IMG/VR virus record: IMGVR_UViG_3300020477_001611
Location: 1-64,000 of that record
Strand: one strand, 5' to 3'
From: a virus
DNA length: 64,000 nt
Both the position numbers and the translations under genes were made by a program. Shown here piece by piece: positions 1 through 7,739 of the stretch. Each line of letters opens with the position of its first letter. The stretch's first letter is position 1. The notes beneath the pieces are model-generated. The model was not told the DNA's origin, ran no database searches, and was given only the letters and a program-made list of their open reading frames with translations.

Positions 1-1323
1 AGCGTGGATTCCAGAACTAGTTCCCAGAGTTAAGCTTGTTGTGCCGGCTGGTTTAACAGTAGTACACCGAGCCGCTGGCTTAATATCTAAAATCTTAGCA
101 ACTCTTTCATTTTCTTCTTTAACAACTTTAGCAGCTTGCGTCATATCAAGATTTAATACTTTACCAGACGCAATTCCCGTCATAGAAACACCGATGAGCG
201 AATCTTTTTCAGTTGTTCTGCGCCACACATCTCTAAGATAATGAAAATCAGTATATCCGGCTTGAAGAGTTCCAATGAACGCTGCAGCCTTTGCTCGTTT
301 TTCTAGTTCTTCCTGAGATTCCACGTTGCTTACGTTAATTTCTGTGAGATTACAGAACTGATAAGGGCGTAATGCGATCTCGCAACACGGATTCGTGCCC
401 CAATCTTTATCGTTTGTAAAATAAAACCCGGGTTCTCCAGCACCTGAAGCCTTTACGCGCTCCCAGAGAGACTCAAACACCTCTTTCGTGATTCTATGTC
501 GTAATAATACGACAGAATTGTTTGCACGTCCGCGTTGTGGGTTTTTCTCCCACCAATTGCCAGTTTTGGCAGCCAACATCTCACCATCATCTGCAGAGAA
601 AAGGCTGATGAGAGCAGCACGGCGAATGCCGCCAGCGAGAACAGCATCGGCAATATGACAAACAATGTCATGTACCTCGATAGCTTGCAGCTTATCTCCA
701 TCATTTTTTTCATCTAAAATACCTCTAACCTTGAGCAGGCACTCTTTTAGTGGCTGTGGGCCCGGTGCTTTTCCACCCGAAGTAATTAGTCTCGCGCCCT
801 TTGGGCGGATGTCACTAAAGTCAAATCTTATGGTGGAGCCACCAAAAAAATAGCTTCTCACTAATGCTTTTACAGCATCTGCCCACCCTTCAATGCTATC
901 GCCGATCAAAAACCTACGAGATCGCTTAGGATTTGGCCTTCGGATTTCCGGTAACTTCTCAACATGGTGTTGCTGAACACTGTACCCAACACCAGTTCCA
1001 CCAAGCAATAGAAACATAATTTCACTAAAAACACGCCAATCATCAATAGGTGCAAACGCACAATTATAAATACGATTTGGGGCCACTTCAATTGGCTTGC
1101 CCCCGAACTGCATAGAGCGCATAGAGGGCAAAACCTTTTTATTGTGAACTAGCTTATAGGCCTCTGTGATTTCTTCTTTTAATTCTGGATAAGCTTTCCA
1201 ATGCATCCGCTTATTGCGATTGACCAGTTCTCTCCACGCCTCCCTGCGCTTTTTCTTAGGTAGATAGCGTGCGTACTTCATATATACGGTAATATCAGAT
1301 AAAATTTTAGTTTCTCGTTCCAT
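1..1323 (-). CDS. nrdJ: Class II (adenosylcobalamin-dependent) ribonucleotide reductase, 5' part; continues beyond window start
   Basis: Not in the ORF track because it is truncated. Hand translation from ATG 1323: MERETKILSDITVYMKYARY...VLPSMRSMQFGG...RIYNCAF...LLGGTGVGYSVQ...GTNPCCEIALRPYQFCNLTEIN...CTTVKPAGTTSL. These are the NPCxE and VKPxGT RNR motifs in a monomeric RTPR-type context. Confidence 0.92.
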   Translation of the reverse strand, partial: MERETKILSDITVYMKYARYLPKKKRREAWRELVNRNKRMHWKAYPELKEEITEAYKLVHNKKVLPSMRSMQFGGKPIEVAPNRIYNCAFAPIDDWRVFSEIMFLLLGGTGVGYSVQQHHVEKLPEIRRPNPKRSRRFLIGDSIEGWADAVKALVRSYFFGGSTIRFDFSDIRPKGARLITSGGKAPGPQPLKECLLKVRGILDEKNDGDKLQAIEVHDIVCHIADAVLAGGIRRAALISLFSADDGEMLAAKTGNWWEKNPQRGRANNSVVLLRHRITKEVFESLWERVKASGAGEPGFYFTNDKDWGTNPCCEIALRPYQFCNLTEINVSNVESQEELEKRAKAAAFIGTLQAGYTDFHYLRDVWRRTTEKDSLIGVSMTGIASGKVLNLDMTQAAKVVKEENERVAKILDIKPAARCTTVKPAGTTSLTLGTSSGIHA

Positions 1324-2683
1324 TTTTGCCCCCCTGCATTAATTCTTTATATTTTTCTTTTAGTAACTGTTCTTGTGTTTTTGCCGGCGTTTGAGTAGTG
1401 ACATTAACATCTTGCGACACAATATTGATTTTTACATTTGAAGTGTCCATATAAACGGGATACGCAAAGCCATCTGGGCCGAATCGATTTTTTGCCACAA
1501 AAAACCTCCCTCCATTGCTACTCTTATCTGTCAATGTTCGTGATAAAGTAAATATCAAGTCGGCGACAAAACACTTCGAAAAAGCTTCAGAAATACTTTC
1601 AATAGTGACCAATTCTGCATTATATCCAGACCGATTAGTCTGTGAAACAGTCCACAGCGGACATTCAAATATCTGTGCTATGCCGCGCAAATCTTCATAG
1701 ATTGTTTCCAAATCGTGGCGCTTCTCTCCATAACTTTTAATTGGTCGCACCAAATCTGCGTAATCTATTAAAATTAAATCTGGTTTAATTTCCGCGTTCT
1801 TTAACTTTTCTAAATGATTTTGAATTGTTTTAGTCGTAATCGAACGGGTTGCGTATTCCTTAACAAGCAAGCGACCGGAGACCCCCACAATTTTTTCTAA
1901 AATATGCTCTTTAAAGACTGTAACGTCGCCCAAAGGCACTCCAGTTAAGCAACTATCATACCGCCTAGCAACAGCAGTGTCGCTCAATTCAAGCGTGTAA
2001 TGTATAACGGTTTTGCCTTGTTTGAGGGCTGCTGCACCCAAATGCACCAAAATATGACTCTTCCCCGACCCGGTCCCTCCAATGGCGACACCCAACTCGC
2101 CAGAACCCAAGCCACCTTGCATAATTTCGTCCATCTTTGTCCAGCCGGTGCTAACAGGATCTCTTGCCTTAAGCTCAAAGCGCTTCTCAAAGTCTTTCAC
2201 ATAATCATACCCAAAATCGTTACTCTGTCCCAACTTTAAAGCTTCATTAATCAAATGAGAAATTTCATCAAAAGATGATTTTTCCAACAATGCAGCCGAT
2301 TTAATAATTGCGTCCTTCAGGCGCTGTTTTTTGCAAAAATCCAACGCACGATCTTTAATATACTGCTCTCCAGACACCTCTTGGTCTGTGTGTACCCTAA
2401 CTAAAAACTTTCTTACCTCTTCTTTTGCCAACTTATCTTCATCGCTTATCTCATTATTAACCAAAGACGCCATAAGTGAAAGCGTAGGGTGGACCGAATA
2501 CTTTTCCTTGTAGTCATAAATAAGCTTAACAAAGGCTTGAAGTGCCTTTGTTTCAAAATAATTTATATCTAAAACCTCGCCGACCTGATCGGCATAAGTT
2601 CTATCAAAAAGAATAAGCTTTGCTAAATTCTCCTGAAAAGAGTTTCCAAATTTTGAAAAATCCACCTTTTCGCTAGGCCTCAT
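1307..2683 (-). CDS. Replicative DnaB-like helicase (T4 gp41-like)
   Basis: Walker A GGTGSGKS, YTLE, ILIDYADL, SQTNRSG, KNRFGPDG (SF4 motifs). Confidence 0.93.
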   Translation of the reverse strand: MRPSEKVDFSKFGNSFQENLAKLILFDRTYADQVGEVLDINYFETKALQAFVKLIYDYKEKYSVHPTLSLMASLVNNEISDEDKLAKEEVRKFLVRVHTDQEVSGEQYIKDRALDFCKKQRLKDAIIKSAALLEKSSFDEISHLINEALKLGQSNDFGYDYVKDFEKRFELKARDPVSTGWTKMDEIMQGGLGSGELGVAIGGTGSGKSHILVHLGAAALKQGKTVIHYTLELSDTAVARRYDSCLTGVPLGDVTVFKEHILEKIVGVSGRLLVKEYATRSITTKTIQNHLEKLKNAEIKPDLILIDYADLVRPIKSYGEKRHDLETIYEDLRGIAQIFECPLWTVSQTNRSGYNAELVTIESISEAFSKCFVADLIFTLSRTLTDKSSNGGRFFVAKNRFGPDGFAYPVYMDTSNVKINIVSQDVNVTTQTPAKTQEQLLKEKYKELMQGGKNGTRN

Positions 2684-3641
2684 TATTCACCCTCTTGATT
2701 TTCCTCATGTGTGCAAACATATCTTCAAAAGATATTTCCGCGAAGCCATCTTGAATCATCATCTTCAACATCTCTGTTTTATTAAGTTCCTCGGGATAGT
2801 TTTTAACTGCCTCTTTCAAGATCGCAGCATTTTTTGGTGACAAACTATTACAATAAAGTTGCATTATTTGATAATTCTCAGCTAGTATTTTTTCCTTCTC
2901 CACCACTGCATTATACACCTTTATGTTGATGTTCTCAAGCATTTTCTCACTGTGGATCACTAAATCTTCTATCGAATACGACCTTTCTTCCTTTAAAAAC
3001 GGGAACCTTTTAGCTGCAGACTTTAAGCCGACGCCGCCAATTCCTTCGATATTGTCTGATTTATCTCCCGCCATGGCACGAGCAAGGGTGAAGTTGATAG
3101 GGTGTATATCAAATTTCTCCACAATATGATTCTTGTTTAAAATTTCTTTTTGAACCGGCCGATACAATAAGGTGGTGTCGTCCAACAATTGAAAGAAGTC
3201 TTTGTCTGACGAGACAATAACCTTTTGGGTGTCTCGATAGAGGCCACACAAAGCCGCAATTAAGTCGTCAGCTTCCGTATGATCCATCATCAATTGAGAT
3301 ATGGGAAGCTGATTAAAATATTCCATTAATCTTGATTGTTGCCATATCTTATTTTGAATTTCCTCCTGCTCGCTTAAAACGGTAACATCGCGGTTTAACC
3401 GAAGCGGCTTTTTGCGACCAGCCTTATAGCCGCTTTTTTGCGCCCTTCTCTTAGAAGAGCCTTCTCTGCCGTCCCAACAAATGAAAACCTTGGTAGGCTT
3501 TACCTCTCTGCATAATTTTTGTAAAATCTTTAAGCTCCCCTTAATGCCACCAATTGGTTGCCCATTGGTAGAAAGAGAGGGGTCCACTATGTATGCTCGA
3601 TAATACATATTGAGCATATCTACGATCATAATTCTGTCCAT
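2673..3641 (-). CDS. 5'-3' exonuclease / flap endonuclease (T4 RNase H / Pol I N-terminal-like)
   Basis: IVDMLN, EADDLIA, SSDKDFFQL, GDKSDNIEGIGGVGLKSA (FEN acidic motifs and H3TH). Confidence 0.93.
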   Translation of the reverse strand: MDRIMIVDMLNMYYRAYIVDPSLSTNGQPIGGIKGSLKILQKLCREVKPTKVFICWDGREGSSKRRAQKSGYKAGRKKPLRLNRDVTVLSEQEEIQNKIWQQSRLMEYFNQLPISQLMMDHTEADDLIAALCGLYRDTQKVIVSSDKDFFQLLDDTTLLYRPVQKEILNKNHIVEKFDIHPINFTLARAMAGDKSDNIEGIGGVGLKSAAKRFPFLKEERSYSIEDLVIHSEKMLENINIKVYNAVVEKEKILAENYQIMQLYCNSLSPKNAAILKEAVKNYPEELNKTEMLKMMIQDGFAEISFEDMFAHMRKIKRVNNEA

Positions 3642-3680
3642 AAAAAAACCTCTGATAGAATCTTTATTCTATCAGAGGTT
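3642..3680 (-). terminator. Perfect 15-bp hairpin with U-tract: intrinsic terminator and/or RBS-sequestering hairpin
   Basis: Minus strand AACCTCTGATAGAAT-AAAG-ATTCTATCAGAGGTT running into a T7 tract, then A, then the ATG of the exonuclease gene. Confidence 0.75.
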
Positions 3681-3694
3681 GAGAGAAGAGTCAA
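3666..3694 (-). promoter_or_regulatory. Sigma70-type promoter (TTGACT-N17-TAGAAT, extended -10 TG)
   Basis: Minus strand TTGACT cttctctcaacctctga TAGAAT, upstream of the exonuclease-helicase-RNR genes. Confidence 0.7.
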
Positions 3695-3700
3695 GCAGTG

Positions 3701-3832
3701 CTATCTACCTTGTCCTCTATAGGGTTTTTTATAGGTTCGTGATTTTTTATTATGATTTCTTTTAGTAAATTTACCATTTCCCTGCCTCGTCTTCTTTCTG
3801 CTGCCCTTTTTCTTATTTCCCTTCGCTGCCAT
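3701..3832 (-). CDS. Small basic protein, 43 aa, ending YRGQGR
   Basis: Hand translation MAAKGNKKKGSRKKTRQGNGKFTKRNHNKKSRTYKKPYRGQGR*. TAATG overlap with the RecA stop; fills the intergenic gap. Confidence 0.8.
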   Translation of the reverse strand: MAAKGNKKKGSRKKTRQGNGKFTKRNHNKKSRTYKKPYRGQGR

Positions 3833-4944
3833 TAGTTTTTCTCCTCAATATCTCCATAAAAGTCTTCAGCATTTCCAATACGCTTATCAAATTTCATTAC
3901 CACCTCTTTCTCTAAAAGGTCAATGACGCGATTATAAAACTTTTCTTCTTCTAGCTTTTTAACCCAAGTTTTAGATTGAAACTTCTCCGTTGTACCATCT
4001 TCATAATGTAATGTAAACCACGCGCCTGCATTTTTTAAGTGTTCTGAAGACTTGATGGCCTCAAGCCAACTTTCCTTATCCATAATTTTAACCTCTTGGC
4101 CGCCCCAAACAATCTTAAAACTGCACTCTCGGCCCTGAGTTCCAAAGCGGCTCTTTTCAATTTTTGCTTTCACCTCAGTTCCAATTCGAAACCCTTTATC
4201 ATCATAGATAAAACTAGCCTTCCCTTTCCGCGCTGTGAGCCACACACGCAGAGAATATGAGTAGGCTAGGGCCTTACCCCCCGGCGTGAAATACGGCGTC
4301 ACCATGGCCTCTGCTGGGCGTCTGGTGATGTTTGTCTTCAACTGGTTGAGAATCAACAATGTTGATTTAGTGTTGGCAATCGGCTGAATTAGCTTGGACA
4401 AGCCCTTAGAAAGGATACGAGGCTTTACCGCCATCGTGGATAAGGGATTGAAATCTGATTCAATGTCGCTAATAGACGGTGTTAGGGCCATAGAGTCCCA
4501 AATAAAAAGCATTTGACTGTCATTATTGGTCACCAAACTCTCTATTGTTTCTAACACAAATTCTACAGAACTAGCCTGAACATATAATAGGCTCTCTATA
4601 TCACAGCCAGCATTGGCCAAAAATTCCGGATCAATAGCCGATTCGGAATCAAAATAAATAACATCAATTCCCAACTTTTGAGCGTTGCCGGCAATTTGTG
4701 CCGCCATATAAGACTTACCAGTAGCCTCTAGGCCGGCGATTTCACTCACCTTTCCTACCGGAATGCCACCCCACTTTCCACGACAGATGATTCCATCAAG
4801 CCATTTGCAGCCGGTTGGAATGTACTGCTCCACTTGAGTGGGGTTATCATCCTTTAAAGAAAAAGCTACATTATAGCCTGCTTTCTTATTAATTAATTTT
4901 TTCATGTCGTCAATTTTTAATCGACCGACTTTAGTTTTTGCCAT
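3832..4944 (-). CDS. uvsX: RecA/UvsX-like recombinase
   Basis: Walker A GLEATGKS, YFDSE, FIWDS, LILNQ, TPGGKAL, KIEKSRF. Confidence 0.95.
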   Translation of the reverse strand: MAKTKVGRLKIDDMKKLINKKAGYNVAFSLKDDNPTQVEQYIPTGCKWLDGIICRGKWGGIPVGKVSEIAGLEATGKSYMAAQIAGNAQKLGIDVIYFDSESAIDPEFLANAGCDIESLLYVQASSVEFVLETIESLVTNNDSQMLFIWDSMALTPSISDIESDFNPLSTMAVKPRILSKGLSKLIQPIANTKSTLLILNQLKTNITRRPAEAMVTPYFTPGGKALAYSYSLRVWLTARKGKASFIYDDKGFRIGTEVKAKIEKSRFGTQGRECSFKIVWGGQEVKIMDKESWLEAIKSSEHLKNAGAWFTLHYEDGTTEKFQSKTWVKKLEEEKFYNRVIDLLEKEVVMKFDKRIGNAEDFYGDIEEKN

Positions 4945-4958
4945 TTTTTCTCCAGTGT

Positions 4959-4984
4959 TAAAGGGGGGGCCGAAGCCCCCCCTT
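4959..4984 (-). terminator. Intrinsic terminator after the SSB gene, cUUCGg tetraloop
   Basis: Minus strand GGGGGGGC-TTCG-GCCCCCCC followed by TTTAA (short U-tract). Confidence 0.7.
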
Positions 4985-4988
4985 CTTT

Positions 4989-5699
4989 TTAGCTAAGCAA
5001 GTCTTTAAATGCTGCGTCAACGCTGCTGGGAGCGGCAGACTCTTTGTCGTCCCCTCCAGTATTCATGTAAGCATCAAGCATCGTCTGCACTTCCTCTGTG
5101 GTGCGCCGCTGAAAGAGCTTATCATATTCAATTGTGGTGGCCACGTATTCCGCAGTGAGATCTTTATCCTTGGCCAGCGGTGATGTTCGGCGGCTCGGAA
5201 AAAGATCCGTAGACGGGAACATTGCCCCCGGCGCCTTCCCATACTTAAGCGTAAGGTCTGTGCCGTTATCGGGATCAGTAATATCTCCATACTCTGGATT
5301 CAACACCAAATTTAGAAGCTTCTGATAAACAGTTTTGCTGTATCCCCAAAGACGAACGCCCTTTTCTTCTTCGCCGCGGACGACGACTGGTGAAAAGAAG
5401 CGCTGCTTTGCCATCAGCTTCTTAGCCAATTCACGACTTTCCTCAGTACCTTCATCAAAAAGCTTCCTGACAAAAGTATCCAAGGGACAATCATCTCCAA
5501 AATTTCGCTTTGGGCTCAAGAAGGCCTGATTGTCTCCCAAGTTGTAATGAAACCAGAACTCCTTAAAAGGGTCGCCATCTGGGTCTGGTACAATGCGAAT
5601 TGTTTGCTCCCCATCTTGCGGCTTCCAAAAAAGCTCCTTATTGCCGCGCCCTTCCAAGGACGCCATTTTACTCTTCATTTTTTCCATATTCAATGCCAT
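4989..5699 (-). CDS. Single-stranded DNA-binding protein (T4 gp32-like)
   Basis: FWKP...IRIVP...EFWFHY...DCPL...KGVRLWGY...YGDITDPDNGTD and acidic tail DAAFKDLLS. Start reassigned to ATG 5699 (MALNMEK) behind a GGAGG RBS. Confidence 0.88.
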   Translation of the reverse strand: MALNMEKMKSKMASLEGRGNKELFWKPQDGEQTIRIVPDPDGDPFKEFWFHYNLGDNQAFLSPKRNFGDDCPLDTFVRKLFDEGTEESRELAKKLMAKQRFFSPVVVRGEEEKGVRLWGYSKTVYQKLLNLVLNPEYGDITDPDNGTDLTLKYGKAPGAMFPSTDLFPSRRTSPLAKDKDLTAEYVATTIEYDKLFQRRTTEEVQTMLDAYMNTGGDDKESAAPSSVDAAFKDLLS

Positions 5700-5737
5700 T
5701 TTTTCCTCCATAAGGTGGTTGATCTTTCCACCTAGCA

Positions 5738-6556
5738 TTATTGTTGTATTGCGTTAGTGTGGTAGACGATATAAACTCGATCTACGTCGTGCCCCGAATC
5801 AAAAATTGAATACGAGATAGACATATACTCATGTTCGACTGCCTTTTCTAACTTACTACCTATCAAAGATAACATATTTTTGCCCTCTTGTAAAGTGCTT
5901 TTATTTAGCGTAAAATAAAAGTGTTTTTGACGAACGTTTTTAATTTTAAAAAATTTATTTTCCTTTTCTTCGGCAAATTCATAAATTCCAAACGAAGTGA
6001 TCCTACAAACATCTAATATTCCCTCGCCGTTAGACATGAGTGCCTCGGCATTACTATAATAATCCATCAAATTAAACACATCAACGATTGTTTGATTTAT
6101 CTTAGAATAATATTCTGCAATCGATAAGTTTTTCACAACTTGCGCCATATCCGCATTTGAAAAAAGATATATGCGATCGATTAAGGTAGAACGGGCAAAT
6201 TCTTGCATCACCCCATATACAACGCGTTCTCGTTGTCTGGCCATCGTGTTCAAAAAGGATAAATCGGGGCGCACATACAAAAATTTTATTTTTTTATCCC
6301 GAAATTGTTCCAGCGTAGCTAATAATCCACCACTAATAACACCACCACCACAACAAACAAAAATTACCTCGTCTCCAACACACTTATGTAGTTCAGTAAA
6401 ATCAGGCACTCTCTCTTCGGCCTCTTCGACTGTGCTGCACTTAGGATATATAAAATCCGCGCCAGCATAATCAATCGTATAAACATTGTAATTGTCGTAT
6501 TGTTGAAAGCACCTAGCCACCTTGGAACCCCCCGTGCCGTACCCAATTATATCCAT
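5738..6556 (-). CDS. Divergent tubulin/FtsZ-superfamily protein
   Basis: N-terminal IIGYGTGGSKV (T1-loop-like), TID, and VIFVCCGGGVISGG at the position of the GGGTG[S/T]G signature, followed by FLYVRP and LFSN strands. Confidence 0.65.
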   Translation of the reverse strand: MDIIGYGTGGSKVARCFQQYDNYNVYTIDYAGADFIYPKCSTVEEAEERVPDFTELHKCVGDEVIFVCCGGGVISGGLLATLEQFRDKKIKFLYVRPDLSFLNTMARQRERVVYGVMQEFARSTLIDRIYLFSNADMAQVVKNLSIAEYYSKINQTIVDVFNLMDYYSNAEALMSNGEGILDVCRITSFGIYEFAEEKENKFFKIKNVRQKHFYFTLNKSTLQEGKNMLSLIGSKLEKAVEHEYMSISYSIFDSGHDVDRVYIVYHTNAIQQ

Positions 6557-7725
6557 CGCGTTTTCATTTCTCCTAGATTCTTTCCAGCCTTAACATTAGT
6601 CTTAAAGCGACCAAATCTTGTATTTTCAAATTCGTTCTTAAGTAGTGGCACTGAATTTAGATCTTCTTGTGCCACGTCCAACACCACGCTATCATGAATA
6701 ACAAAACTAATAAAGGATTTTCTCTTTTGTAAAATATTGCGCAGTTTATATACCTGTTCCAGAAACATATCAGATGCAGTGCTTTGAACTGTATAATTCA
6801 CCGCATGGAATTCATCGGCTTCTATTAGTCGATCAAAGGGGGTTGTCACCATTTTTCCATCCCAATATTTTTCCTTAATAAGGAGCCGATCATATGTTCT
6901 ATTCGCCAAATAATCTTTGGAATCTGGATTGTACAGCCATGCAAAAATACGCTCTTTAGCTTCGTCGCGAGTTGGTATTCCCCGAAAGACATTTTTTGCA
7001 TTCCAATCGTGAATGTCTTCCTTGGGCTGTTCCAATCCTAATAACCCCAAAAGTACTCTTAGTTCACATGCATTAAAGTCCAATTCTAGAAAAAAATCAT
7101 TTGTCGGTTGAACCACATTACGAAATTCGCGGTTCAGCGTTAAAATGGGAAAAGAGTCCGGGGTTGTGCTTAGTCGGCCAGTTTTAGTTCCGAACATATT
7201 ATAATATATGCGGCCTCGTCCTCCTTTGTATTTTTGTATAATCTTTTTTGCCCTCTCGTTGTCTGTCTTGTCATAAAGTGCGCGCACATCTAACTTTATC
7301 TCCCGCTTTTCTATTTCTCTTGTCAGTTTATGAATTTTTAACATGTGTTCATAGTTTTTGGGGCGCGCTCTATAAGAGTGGACATACGCCAGAGCTTCGT
7401 TTTTGGTGGTACAATACTCTTCTACAAAATCAAATGGCACCAGATCATAGAAACAATGTTGTCCTAAGTCTATTTTTGCGGCATGAAGACTTTTTAGATG
7501 AGCTTTCAGGCGGCTTTCCTGATTTGAAAATTTCTCTTTATTTTTTGGGTCACAGCACTCTAACAGACTGGCGCCGCTACAATAAAGATATAAATATTCC
7601 GCCTCCAGAGGAAGATTGGGGCAATATTTCCATGTTGCCGTTAACTGTTCCGGAGGATTTTTATAAAACTTATCAGCAAACAACCCCAAACACTCAATTT
7701 TAGAGTCTAAAATAGAAAAATACAC
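6547..7725 (-). CDS. Truncated family-A DNA polymerase (polymerase domain only)
   Basis: TKTGRLST; motif A LDFNACELR; DIH; motif B RDEAKERIFAWLY; NYTVQSTASD; motif C IHDS. Only 392 aa. Confidence 0.88.
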   Translation of the reverse strand: MYFSILDSKIECLGLFADKFYKNPPEQLTATWKYCPNLPLEAEYLYLYCSGASLLECCDPKNKEKFSNQESRLKAHLKSLHAAKIDLGQHCFYDLVPFDFVEEYCTTKNEALAYVHSYRARPKNYEHMLKIHKLTREIEKREIKLDVRALYDKTDNERAKKIIQKYKGGRGRIYYNMFGTKTGRLSTTPDSFPILTLNREFRNVVQPTNDFFLELDFNACELRVLLGLLGLEQPKEDIHDWNAKNVFRGIPTRDEAKERIFAWLYNPDSKDYLANRTYDRLLIKEKYWDGKMVTTPFDRLIEADEFHAVNYTVQSTASDMFLEQVYKLRNILQKRKSFISFVIHDSVVLDVAQEDLNSVPLLKNEFENTRFGRFKTNVKAGKNLGEMKTRWI

Positions 7726-7739
7726 ACAAACCTCTTTGT

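Noticed and set aside
41-1091. Short ORFs at 41-1091 as separate genes
   Set aside because: The region is fully occupied by the RNR reading frame that runs off the window.
5738-6556. Calling this a nucleus-forming (chimallin/PhuZ) phage
   Set aside because: The core genes are T4-like, no chimallin or multisubunit RNA polymerase was recognised in the window, and the tubulin signature is degenerate.
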